Source: Terriglobales bacterium
GTDB taxonomy: Bacteria; Acidobacteriota; Terriglobia; Terriglobales; Acidobacteriaceae
NCBI GenBank assembly: GCA_963738095.1
Contig: CAVTVL010000009.1
Location: 18,124 to 82,123 of the forward strand
DNA: 64,000 nt
Direction of reading: 5' to 3'
Shown: positions 31,033 to 39,998 of the stretch, piece after piece
Numbering within the stretch: the stretch's first letter is position 1
Layout of the letters: the number at the start of each line of letters is the position of its first letter
Position numbers and translations under genes: made by a program
The notes under the pieces: model-generated
Database searches by the model: none
Told to the model about the DNA's origin: nothing
What the model saw: only the letters and a program-made list of their open reading frames with translations

Positions 31033-33369
31033 TCAGTTCTCCTCAAAATACTTTTCAGCGCCGTTATGACCGAACGCGTGGTAAAAGTCGATCGATGTTG
31101 TATCGACACCGTTCAATACAACACCGATAGCGCGACCGCCCGATGACTCAAGCAGTTCAGTCAAGCGTTCTACAGCGGTACGATTCGTAACGTCAGCACG
31201 AATGACAGCCAATGTCGAATCAGCTTTACCTGCAAGCACTGAGGCATCGGCCACCAAAAGGATCGGAGGAGTGTCCATGATGATCATGCTGTATGTCTGT
31301 TTAAGTACTGTAAGGAGAGAATCGAAAGCCTCAGAACCTAAAAGTTCTGCCGGTGTTGCCACAGATTGCCCAGCCGGCAATAGTGAAAGCCTGCTGACTT
31401 CAGCATGTTTATGAATAGCAGCCTGAGCTGACTGCGCCCCCGTCAGGACATCAACAAGGCCTGGAGCCCGCTGCGTAGCAAAGTATTCGTGCAAGCGGGG
31501 ATGGTGGAGATCTGCGTCAATCAACAAAACATTTTCCCCAGCATGAGCAAATGCAATTGCAAGATTATAGGCAACAGATGTTTTTCCCTCACCTATGAGG
31601 GGACTCGTCACTGCTAATGTCTTGAGAGAATGGGCCTCGGGCGCTCGCATGATTGAAGTGCGCAAGGCTCGGAATGCTTCAGCTGCTGAGGATCGCGGAC
31701 GAGCAATCAGTGGACTGACTTCATCAAGCGCTGGCTGTAACAACCCACCCCCGGGCGATAACATTTTCGGTCGTGTAGGGCGAGGAATACTCGCTAGTAC
31801 ACGAAGGGGAGTCAAAGGGTTTACCTGGAGTGGAGTCTGAACAGTTTCATTCATGTGCTCGCGAACAAACGCCGATGAAACTCCAAAAAGTAAACCTGCC
31901 GCCAAACCGATTGCTACGTACACAGGAGGATTGGGGCGTTGGCGGGAAGACTTGGGGCGAGCCGGGTCGACGATGCGTATGTTTGTGGCCCGCAACCCTG
32001 CACGCACATTAGCTTCCTGAATCTGCTGATCCAAATCGTTGTAGAGCTTCCGTGTCGAAGAAGCTTGTTCGACCAACAATTGAAGAGTTACAGCGCTTTC
32101 ATTCAATTTTCCTGCATCGCTCTGCTGTTGCTGAAAGGCGGCCCGCAACCCATCTTCGTTTTGCTGTGCAACTCTATAGTCATTCCGCGCACGAAGGCTG
32201 ATTTGCTCAAGCTCGTCATTAATTTGTTTATTGACGGTGACCAACTGCGTCTCGAGCTCAATCATATGTGGATTTTTTTCGCCATACTTAAGCTTTGAGG
32301 CTGAATATTGAAGTGTGAGCGCATTCTGCTGCTGACGCAGATTTTGCAAAAGCTCCAGACCATTTCCTTGCGTGATGACGGCAGAGTTAGCTATGGCTGG
32401 AATCGTGCTGTTTGCAAGCCCGGCAACAGATGCCGCATTGTGAGTCTTCGTTAGCCTGTAAATAGCTTCTTTCCCAATTCGGTTTGCCTCGGCTTGCGTT
32501 AAGGATTGATTTAAAGTGTCAAGCCGATCAAGCACTGGAATGTGAGTGATGTTCCCACCGCCACTTCCCTGGCCCATCGATTTAAGAATCATGCTATTTA
32601 AGCCCGTCTGACGTTCATAGTCCACCAGGTCATTTTGGGCCTGATTCATTCTTTCCTTTAACCCGTCAAGCTGTGCCGTGAGAACCTGAATACCTTCACT
32701 GTTCCCTTGATCGGCAGACTCGAAGTGTACATATTCACGCACCACCGCGTTCGAAATCTGTGCAGCCAATTGAGGATCTGGATTTAAAAAGGCTACGGTA
32801 ATCAAACGCGTATCCGGTGGATTTTTAATGATGAGTTTTCTAGCAAATATTTTGAGGATTCGTTCCCTTCGAGCGGGAGACTGTTCCAGAGGCAGGTTCT
32901 TCTCAACCTCAATTTTTTTATTATTCCCGGTTATCCAGCCGAGCAGTGTTGGATGGTAGGCAAATGGTCGACGAGACTCAAGACCAAGTTCACGTATGAC
33001 AGCGATTGCAGTATTGCTGTCTTGAAGTACTGCCATATGAGTCGCAATGTCTGTTTTAGTATCGCTCTGGCTAAGCGTCGGACCGTTCACCGTAGAACTC
33101 AGTGCCACTTGAACAGTAGGATCTTTGCCAACTTGCACTGTGGTGGTGCTCTGATATTGGGTCGAGATCATTAGGCAGGCAAGTACAGCTAAACCAATGC
33201 CACCGCATGCAAAACCTAGTATCCACAGTTGCCTCTTTCGCAAAGTGCGCCAAACACTCTTAAGAGATTCTTCATCCCCTGCGCTTGTCACTCGGGCAAT
33301 ACGTGTAGACATCTCGGGGATATACGACACACGCCGACTCACTTGATCTGACGAATTCGATACAGCCAT
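31033..33369 (-). CDS. wzc: Polysaccharide co-polymerase/tyrosine autokinase (Wzc/GumC)
   Basis: Two TM segments flanking a coiled-coil; Walker A SPLIGEGKTS, LLIDADL and IMDTPP motifs. Confidence 0.9.
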   Translation of the reverse strand: MAVSNSSDQVSRRVSYIPEMSTRIARVTSAGDEESLKSVWRTLRKRQLWILGFACGGIGLAVLACLMISTQYQSTTTVQVGKDPTVQVALSSTVNGPTLSQSDTKTDIATHMAVLQDSNTAIAVIRELGLESRRPFAYHPTLLGWITGNNKKIEVEKNLPLEQSPARRERILKIFARKLIIKNPPDTRLITVAFLNPDPQLAAQISNAVVREYVHFESADQGNSEGIQVLTAQLDGLKERMNQAQNDLVDYERQTGLNSMILKSMGQGSGGGNITHIPVLDRLDTLNQSLTQAEANRIGKEAIYRLTKTHNAASVAGLANSTIPAIANSAVITQGNGLELLQNLRQQQNALTLQYSASKLKYGEKNPHMIELETQLVTVNKQINDELEQISLRARNDYRVAQQNEDGLRAAFQQQQSDAGKLNESAVTLQLLVEQASSTRKLYNDLDQQIQEANVRAGLRATNIRIVDPARPKSSRQRPNPPVYVAIGLAAGLLFGVSSAFVREHMNETVQTPLQVNPLTPLRVLASIPRPTRPKMLSPGGGLLQPALDEVSPLIARPRSSAAEAFRALRTSIMRAPEAHSLKTLAVTSPLIGEGKTSVAYNLAIAFAHAGENVLLIDADLHHPRLHEYFATQRAPGLVDVLTGAQSAQAAIHKHAEVSRLSLLPAGQSVATPAELLGSEAFDSLLTVLKQTYSMIIMDTPPILLVADASVLAGKADSTLAVIRADVTNRTAVERLTELLESSGGRAIGVVLNGVDTTSIDFYHAFGHNGAEKYFEEN

Positions 33370-33572
33370 GGGTGCAATGCCTCCTGCACATTCAGCATAG
33401 GACTCTCTGTGCACTTTTTGTACTTAAGTTTATGGTCTGGGAGAGGTGAGAAACTACTACTACTAGGACGGCATTTGAGACGACTGAGATGTCTGCCGCA
33501 ATGGGCTTTTTTTACAGCCTATTCATACTCCCATCGGTTACATCATTACAGATTTTTTAGATTTATGCAGGA

Positions 33573-33722
33573 TAGGAAATATTACCCAATTCTATCTAGC
33601 TTAAGTAGTGAGACTAATTTCCTATCTATTTAGACCATAGTAGGAAAGTAATCTCATATAGGCTATTCTTCCCGTTTTATTCATAGTGTATTTCTCTCAC
33701 AATCAACAGGAAATTTATCCTA
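33573..33722. promoter_or_regulatory. Cluster of five 16-bp imperfect palindromes in the divergent wzc / GT26 promoter region
   Basis: TAGGAAATATTACCCA (33573), TGAGACTAATTTCCTA (33609), TAGGAAAGTAATCTCA (33641), TAGGCTATTCTTCCCG (33659), CAGGAAATTTATCCTA (33707). Confidence 0.55.
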
Positions 33723-33851
33723 AGTAATTGATTTAATTGCGCTTGTTACAGCCAAATGAATATAGTTGGCATCAGATTAGTTTGCTGCAAGTCGTTCCCC
33801 CCATTCGATTGGCTAGTGATGCTTAGCTTAGTGTCCACCTGGAGTAGAAAA

Positions 33852-34730
33852 ATGAGCAAACAGATAGAAGATCGAGTAAATATTTTAGGAGTCGGCATAA
33901 GTGCTCTGAATGTTTCTACTGCCGTTGCGTCTGTTGAACACTTCTTGGAATCAAACCGTAGGGGTTATATATGTGTAACTGGGATGCACGGAATCATGGA
34001 AGCCCAAAAAGATCCGGACTTTCGCGAGGTACAGAATAAATCTATTCTCACTACTCCAGATGGCATCCCCACTGTTTGGCTTGGCCATCTTGATGGTTTT
34101 GAAGAAATGAAGCAAGTTTGTGGCGCAGACTTTATGCGCGCAGTTTGTGATTCCGGAAGACGCAAAGGCATACGGCATTTTTTTTATGGCGGTAAACCCG
34201 GTGTCGCCGAGCGCCTTCGCGATGTTTTAGTAGAGGCCTACCCGGGCTTGAAAGTGGTGGGTACATATACACCACCTTTTCGTCCGCTTAATACTCAAGA
34301 AGAAGAGTACCTCAAGCAGCAACTTATTGAAGCCGACGTTGATATTTTTTGGTGCGGAATCAGTACACCGAAACAAGAACGATTTATGGCGAAGTATCTC
34401 GACATTTTGCCTGTCAAACTGATGGCTGGCGTAGGCGCGGCATTTGATATCAACGCTGGCTTTTTAAAGGACTCGCCTGCTTGGGCAAAAAAATGCGGAC
34501 TTCAATGGGCTCACCGCCTATACCAGGAACCACGACGCCTGTGGCGACGTTATCTCCTCAATATTCCGAACTTTGTCTGGCTCTGCATGCTCCAGTGGTC
34601 CGGAGTTCGCTCATACGAGTTGCCAGAGCGGGTGTCTGCAACATTGCAAATGAATGGCCGTACATTCTCTAATGAAACCATAGAGTCTGTTCAGTTTTTA
34701 GAACAACAGGCTGACACTGTTGCTTCGTAG
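33852..34730 (+). CDS. WecB/TagA/CpsF-family (GT26) glycosyltransferase
   Basis: TPDGIP, FFYGGKPGVA, GISTPKQE, GVGAAFD and QEPRRLWRRYL motifs. Confidence 0.92.
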   Translation: MSKQIEDRVNILGVGISALNVSTAVASVEHFLESNRRGYICVTGMHGIMEAQKDPDFREVQNKSILTTPDGIPTVWLGHLDGFEEMKQVCGADFMRAVCDSGRRKGIRHFFYGGKPGVAERLRDVLVEAYPGLKVVGTYTPPFRPLNTQEEEYLKQQLIEADVDIFWCGISTPKQERFMAKYLDILPVKLMAGVGAAFDINAGFLKDSPAWAKKCGLQWAHRLYQEPRRLWRRYLLNIPNFVWLCMLQWSGVRSYELPERVSATLQMNGRTFSNETIESVQFLEQQADTVAS

Positions 34731-34815
34731 TTAGATCTATGAAACTCACTAATCACTGAAAATGAATACAGGCAGGACTCTTTGTTGAGGAGCCCTGCCT
34801 GATGGGGTGTGTAGT

Positions 34816-36336
34816 ATGGGTTCAACAAATTTAAGTGAGTTTCTATTCCATAGACAGGGAAACAGCTCGCCGCAGTCGAGATTTTCCCCAAACCACCATA
34901 CGACATCCATCCGGAGACGCAACAGAATTCATGCCGCCGTCTGGATTGGAGCAGACCTCACGACAATCGCGGTGGCTGCTTTTATCGGGATTCTTCTTCG
35001 AGGGAGCACCTATTTTTTCCAATCTATCGAACCCACGCCGCTTTACGTCAGCGAGATCTCCTATGCTCTCTATTTCAGCGGTTTTTCGCTTGCGCTTGTA
35101 TTCGTCACATACGCACAAGGACTTTATCGTCCTCCACAAGCCTACGGAGGGTTGCATGAGCTTTGGGTAACGGTTAAGTCATGCTTAACAGCTAGCTTGG
35201 TTTTAGCTGGTGGTCTTTATTTTGGTTATGCTCAATCTGTCTCCCGCGCGGTAGTACTATTTACGCTGTTCTCAACTACTCTGCTTCTTTGCCTCAGACG
35301 CGCTCTTTGGCGCATTTTCATCTACTCTCAATATGAGAATGAAATCGGAACCAAAAATGTTTTGATAATCGGCGCCGGCAAATCAAGCCTCGCAGTGAGG
35401 AACCATCTCTGTAATATCCGCCGGCTTGGATACGCCTTTAAGGGATTTGTTCGGCTAAGAGCGGATATCAATTATTGCGAAGAAGGCATTAACCCTCTCG
35501 AAATTATCGGATCTACAGCCGAACTACATGCTTTGGTTCGACAGCATTTTGTTGATGAGGTTTTTATTACCGGCCCGTGTAGTCGCACCACGATCAGAGA
35601 CATTGTCACTAAAGCTGATGAACTTAATATTGACGTAAGGGTTATACCCGATCTCTACGAAGGGGCTGCGGTCACAGCCCCTGTTGAATATATCGGCCAA
35701 TTTCCAACCATTCCACTGCACTTTCATCATGTCCCAGCGATTGGACTAATCGTAAAGCGCACTGTCGATATTGTAGTTTCCTTTTGTGCTCTGGTGCTCG
35801 TAAGCCCGGTGATGCTCTCAATCTCCCTGGCTATCCTTTTAGAGTCTGGCAGTCCTGTCTTTTATCGTGCGGAACGGGTGGGAAGAAAAGGCCGGATTTT
35901 TAATTGTTGGAAATTTCGTTCTATGGTCACAAATGCCGACAAACTTCGCGAAGATCTTTTGCATAAGAACGAACGTGACGGAATCCTTTTTAAGGTTAAA
36001 AACGATCCTAGGATCACGCCCCTTGGACGTTTCTTGAGAAAATATTCATTAGATGAACTGCCACAGCTTTTTAATGTTCTTTCCGGAAGCATGAGCCTTG
36101 TAGGCCCCCGCCCACCTCTCATGAGTGAAGTAAATCAGTATGAATTGGCACATCTTCGTCGGCTAGATGTTGCCCCTGGAATTACCGGCCTATGGCAAAT
36201 TCAATCTCGCCAAGACCCTTCGTTTGATCAATACATCTCGTTAGACACTCTCTATGTTGACACTTGGAGCAACTGGCTTGATTTCCGAATCCTCATTCGG
36301 ACTATAAATGTTGTCCTTAGCGGAACAGGATCTTAA
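34816..36336 (+). CDS. Priming polyprenyl-phosphate sugar phosphotransferase (WcaJ/WbaP-like)
   Basis: KRTVDI, KFRSM, DPRITPLGRFLRKYSLDELPQL and MSLVGPRP motifs. Confidence 0.92.
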   Translation: MGSTNLSEFLFHRQGNSSPQSRFSPNHHTTSIRRRNRIHAAVWIGADLTTIAVAAFIGILLRGSTYFFQSIEPTPLYVSEISYALYFSGFSLALVFVTYAQGLYRPPQAYGGLHELWVTVKSCLTASLVLAGGLYFGYAQSVSRAVVLFTLFSTTLLLCLRRALWRIFIYSQYENEIGTKNVLIIGAGKSSLAVRNHLCNIRRLGYAFKGFVRLRADINYCEEGINPLEIIGSTAELHALVRQHFVDEVFITGPCSRTTIRDIVTKADELNIDVRVIPDLYEGAAVTAPVEYIGQFPTIPLHFHHVPAIGLIVKRTVDIVVSFCALVLVSPVMLSISLAILLESGSPVFYRAERVGRKGRIFNCWKFRSMVTNADKLREDLLHKNERDGILFKVKNDPRITPLGRFLRKYSLDELPQLFNVLSGSMSLVGPRPPLMSEVNQYELAHLRRLDVAPGITGLWQIQSRQDPSFDQYISLDTLYVDTWSNWLDFRILIRTINVVLSGTGS

Positions 36337-36338
36337 CG

Positions 36339-37514
36339 TCATTTGTAAGGATAGCTATTGATAGTTGTTTTATAAATGTCTAGTAGTCTATGGATATTAT
36401 TTTGAACCCCATATTTGAGATCAAACTGACGGCGTGTTTCTACCCTCATTTTGGCAAACAGGCCTCGATCCATAAAACCTCTGAGGCAAGCATATAAATC
36501 TTCGCTGTCATTCGGCGTAAATAACCCGCCATAGACGCCATGGTCGATCATCTCAACATAAGTTCCAAGGCGCGATGCAATGACGGGCGTTCCAACAGCC
36601 ATTGCTTCTATAACAACGCGCGGCATGCCTTCATACCATAGAGATGGACATATCAGAGCAGTTGCGCTGCTGAGTATTGCAAGGACTTCATGACTGGAGC
36701 GGCCCCCTAAATAGGTTACATTTGTTATTGAGTTTGCAACTTGCTGGATTTCTGCTTCAAGTGGACCTGTGCCGACAATCTTTAGCTCAGGCAGGCTGGC
36801 ATTATTTTTCCAGCAATGTAATAGTGTGCGAAGTCCTTTTTCCTCCGTAAGGCGTCCAATGTAGGCAAAATACCGACCGCCGCCATTACCCACGGGCGGA
36901 TCGTAGTCGAGGCTATTCGGTTTGACAGTTATTTTCTGGGCAGGAAGACCGCCTTCAATTAGTTTTTTACGTGCAAATTCCGAAAGTGCGATGTATTGAT
37001 CGACTATCTTTTCCCATGTACCCGCTCGCCAGTGCGTAAGCATTCCTGCTGTCGCAGCAGCGCTGCCAAGCCTGCTTTCTCGATAGCACGCATGAATTAC
37101 ACCCGAACTACGAAAGGCAGTATTTAAGCAGTCTTCGCAAGGCTTGCCATTACGGTAAAGCGAACCTTTAATACAAAGAAGGCGATAGTTGTGGACTGTG
37201 TGAATAACCGGAGTACTGAGTTGTTTGCACACTCTAAAGATTGCCGGAGAGAGAGTCGGAAACCAATTGTGAACATGGACGATATTTGGTTTGAAGGTAG
37301 CAATCTGTTGGCGTAGCAGCGTGGATGCGCCCGAGTTATAAAAGACGAATTTCGAGGCTTGAAGTTTCCCTATGAAGCCAACAATCGCATCATTGTTGCT
37401 TTCGAGAAGTTGTACTTCTGCTCCATGATCGACAAGAAGGCGTGCCTCTGACTCAACCACGGAGTCTTCGCCTCCTTTTTGCTGGTATCGGTTGTGAACG
37501 AGAAGAACTTTCAT
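36339..37514 (-). CDS. Glycosyltransferase family 4
   Basis: MKVLLVHNRYQQKGGED, GRLTEEKG and PSLWYEGMPRVVIEAM motifs. Confidence 0.92.
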   Translation of the reverse strand: MKVLLVHNRYQQKGGEDSVVESEARLLVDHGAEVQLLESNNDAIVGFIGKLQASKFVFYNSGASTLLRQQIATFKPNIVHVHNWFPTLSPAIFRVCKQLSTPVIHTVHNYRLLCIKGSLYRNGKPCEDCLNTAFRSSGVIHACYRESRLGSAAATAGMLTHWRAGTWEKIVDQYIALSEFARKKLIEGGLPAQKITVKPNSLDYDPPVGNGGGRYFAYIGRLTEEKGLRTLLHCWKNNASLPELKIVGTGPLEAEIQQVANSITNVTYLGGRSSHEVLAILSSATALICPSLWYEGMPRVVIEAMAVGTPVIASRLGTYVEMIDHGVYGGLFTPNDSEDLYACLRGFMDRGLFAKMRVETRRQFDLKYGVQNNIHRLLDIYKTTINSYPYK

Positions 37515-37892
37515 CGAGGAATGTGATTCTTTGGTATCGCCATCGGATTATATAAATCGGGGAGGTTCATTTGTTAGTATGATGGCGGAAATTGGCTCTG
37601 CAAATCCCGGCATTGGCCTTTTTTGTGGCAGACTCTCTGTCGCGAGATGCGCCCGACCATCTTAAACAAAATCCCTTCTATAACTTACACAGCACCAAAT
37701 GCGACGGGTACCGCTTTGCTACACCTTGGATTAGGCGCAGATGTGGGAATCACAGCTCTCATTTGCAGAATTTATGGCTTCAGGCACGCGCTTCCACTTG
37801 GCTTGAACATTATCTCCGCACCGTGTTCCCGGCTTCCTACTTTTGGGGACGAGATCGTTGCCCGTGGACATTCATGTGTTACAAAACCGCAC

Positions 37893-39374
37893 TCAAGTTG
37901 TTGTCGCAGCGCACTCAGTCATTTGTCTGTGAGCTGCTTGCAAATGCACTATCCGCACTGCTACGAGCAGCAAGACGGCAATCGCTACCCAAGCGAACCA
38001 GTCTCCCATTACCTGGTAAAGGGTCCAATGATGTGTGTTTGGAACGTCGACTAGCAGGGTTGCAAATGGAGCAGCATCACTTCGCTCTTCGCCTACAATG
38101 TGTCCTTGATAATCGCTCACCGTCAGGAAACCCTTCTTCGCCGCGCGCGCAATGCTGAAGCCGTTCTCCACGCCGCGCATCACGGCAATGTGCCCATGCC
38201 AACCTGCATCCACGACAAAATCCCACGCAGGAACCAGCATGAGCCCCGCTCCTGTCTTGCCATACAGCCGTGCGGGTGATGCGAAATCCATGTCCTTGCA
38301 AATTGCCACACCCCATAATTGCTTTTCTCTTGGCAGAATTACCAGATCGGTTCCGGGTTTCAAGTTAGATTCGAATGGAGGTAACATGTGCTCCTTGTCG
38401 TAACGGCGGAGCGCCGAGCCAGGCGCGTATATCCGCGCCTGGTTGTACTTCACCGAGCCGCCCACATCTACGACACCTGCAACCACGGTCGCTCCTGTTT
38501 TGTCTGCAAGGGATTGCATGACCGCATCCGTATCCGATGCTCTCCCTTCTAATGTCACACCAACTTTCTCGGGAATCACGATCGCCTGAGCACCTTTCGC
38601 CGCCAGCCCTTCAGCAGCATTGGCGTAATCGCGAAAGAGGCGCTCCGTATCCACGCCCGGATTGGCGACTGTGTCATTCTTCTTCAGGTCCGACGAAATC
38701 AATCCCACGCGAACGGTTTTTAGCGCTAGCGGCATCGCAAGACGTACGGCACCGAACGCCAACACCACAACAACCGTTGCCACGCTTACCCAAAGTACGC
38801 GCAGCGCTTGATTCGGTGAGGGCTTTCTAGAATTCAGCCAGATCGCCACGGAGGAAGAGAACATGAGCATGACAAAGGTCATGCCCCATGGCCCAGTAAT
38901 CGACGCCAGTTGCAGAAAAGGCAAGAACGTCAGTTGCGAATACGCGAGGCTCCCCGCCGTACCATGTGGAGTTGTGAAATTGCGCAGGTACTCAATAGCC
39001 ACCCAGAATGCCGGTAGTGCCACAGCTGCACTCCACAAAGCGTTGCGCAGCGCGAGTCCTCGGAACAGCAGCACGCCCGCGGCAAAAGCAAGCGCCGCCA
39101 TGGAGAAGATTGCGAGCCAAGCCGAAGGAGGCATCCCGAGCGTCTTTGTGAAGTAACTCCACAGGTTGAGGTTTCCCACCAGCATCGCTGCTGCTGCGAC
39201 CACGGCAGCCGCCCACCAACTGCTGCGAAGTGCAAACCACAGAACCGGCACGCATGCTATCCACATCAGCGGCCATACCGGCTCCAGCCCATTGCCAAAG
39301 TAGAGCAAAACTGCCGTAACAGTTCCTGTGGCAATGCCTTCCAGCAAAGTTCGAGAGCTAACCGCGAATGCCAT
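37893..39374 (-). CDS. Apolipoprotein N-acyltransferase-like membrane protein (nitrilase/CN-hydrolase domain)
   Basis: Multi-TM N-terminus with LAYSQ...LQLASITGPWG; Glu-Lys-Cys triad in IPEK, YDKEH and ICKD. Confidence 0.8.
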   Translation of the reverse strand: MAFAVSSRTLLEGIATGTVTAVLLYFGNGLEPVWPLMWIACVPVLWFALRSSWWAAAVVAAAAMLVGNLNLWSYFTKTLGMPPSAWLAIFSMAALAFAAGVLLFRGLALRNALWSAAVALPAFWVAIEYLRNFTTPHGTAGSLAYSQLTFLPFLQLASITGPWGMTFVMLMFSSSVAIWLNSRKPSPNQALRVLWVSVATVVVVLAFGAVRLAMPLALKTVRVGLISSDLKKNDTVANPGVDTERLFRDYANAAEGLAAKGAQAIVIPEKVGVTLEGRASDTDAVMQSLADKTGATVVAGVVDVGGSVKYNQARIYAPGSALRRYDKEHMLPPFESNLKPGTDLVILPREKQLWGVAICKDMDFASPARLYGKTGAGLMLVPAWDFVVDAGWHGHIAVMRGVENGFSIARAAKKGFLTVSDYQGHIVGEERSDAAPFATLLVDVPNTHHWTLYQVMGDWFAWVAIAVLLLVAVRIVHLQAAHRQMTECAATTT

Positions 39375-39939
39375 TGATGTACCTCCTGAATGATCTGTGA
39401 CAAAAGGCTCGGAACTCTACAGGGGTCATTGCGACACGCCCACCGAGATAGAGCATCACTAATCCCTGCTGCAGTGCGCCTGCTTCGAGGACGATTTCCC
39501 AAACGTCGTCTTTGCGGAATTGGCCGCTTTCGATTGCTCGTGCAATTACGTCAGCCGATACGTTGGCGGTCGGTGATCTCCGCGCCCGGAAGTCCTCCGG
39601 ATACTGCCTCGCCCCCTGACGTCTGGTCAAAAACATCAGTTCGTACAGTCTCGGAGACTCGAATGCAAAGTCCAGAAAAACGTCGAAGATTTTCATGAGG
39701 TGACGATCAACATCTTTCGCAGACCGAAGTTTTCCAAGACGTGTAGAAAGCTCGACAAAGCCGGTATCCGCAAGCACATTCAGCAAACCATCCCGATTGG
39801 AGTAGTGGCGGTATAGCGCCATCGGAGTGATGCCGACCGCGCTGGCGACACGCCGCATCGTCACTCCTTCCGCTCCTTCTTTATCCAGCAGTTTGCCAGC
39901 GGCCGAGGCAATCCTTTTAGATGTCGTGGATGTTTTCAT
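39358..39939 (-). CDS. TetR/AcrR-family transcriptional regulator
   Basis: HTH EGAEGVTMRRVASAVGITPMALYRHY. True start MKTSTT at 39939; the longer ORF-track N-terminus overlaps the MFS gene. Confidence 0.9.
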   Translation of the reverse strand: MKTSTTSKRIASAAGKLLDKEGAEGVTMRRVASAVGITPMALYRHYSNRDGLLNVLADTGFVELSTRLGKLRSAKDVDRHLMKIFDVFLDFAFESPRLYELMFLTRRQGARQYPEDFRARRSPTANVSADVIARAIESGQFRKDDVWEIVLEAGALQQGLVMLYLGGRVAMTPVEFRAFCHRSFRRYINGIRG

Positions 39940-39978
39940 GTATACACCGTATACTATAACTAGTATACGATGTATACA
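39939..39978. promoter_or_regulatory. Putative TetR operator (40-bp inverted repeat)
   Basis: TGTATACACCGTATACTA-TAAC-TAGTATACGATGTATACA abutting the tetR start codon. Confidence 0.7.
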
Positions 39979-39998
39979 GCGGTTGCGAGAACGATCGT

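Noticed and set aside
37592-38158. Plus-strand ORFs of 188 and 143 aa
   Set aside because: No recognisable motifs and they overlap the 3' end of the Lnt-like gene.
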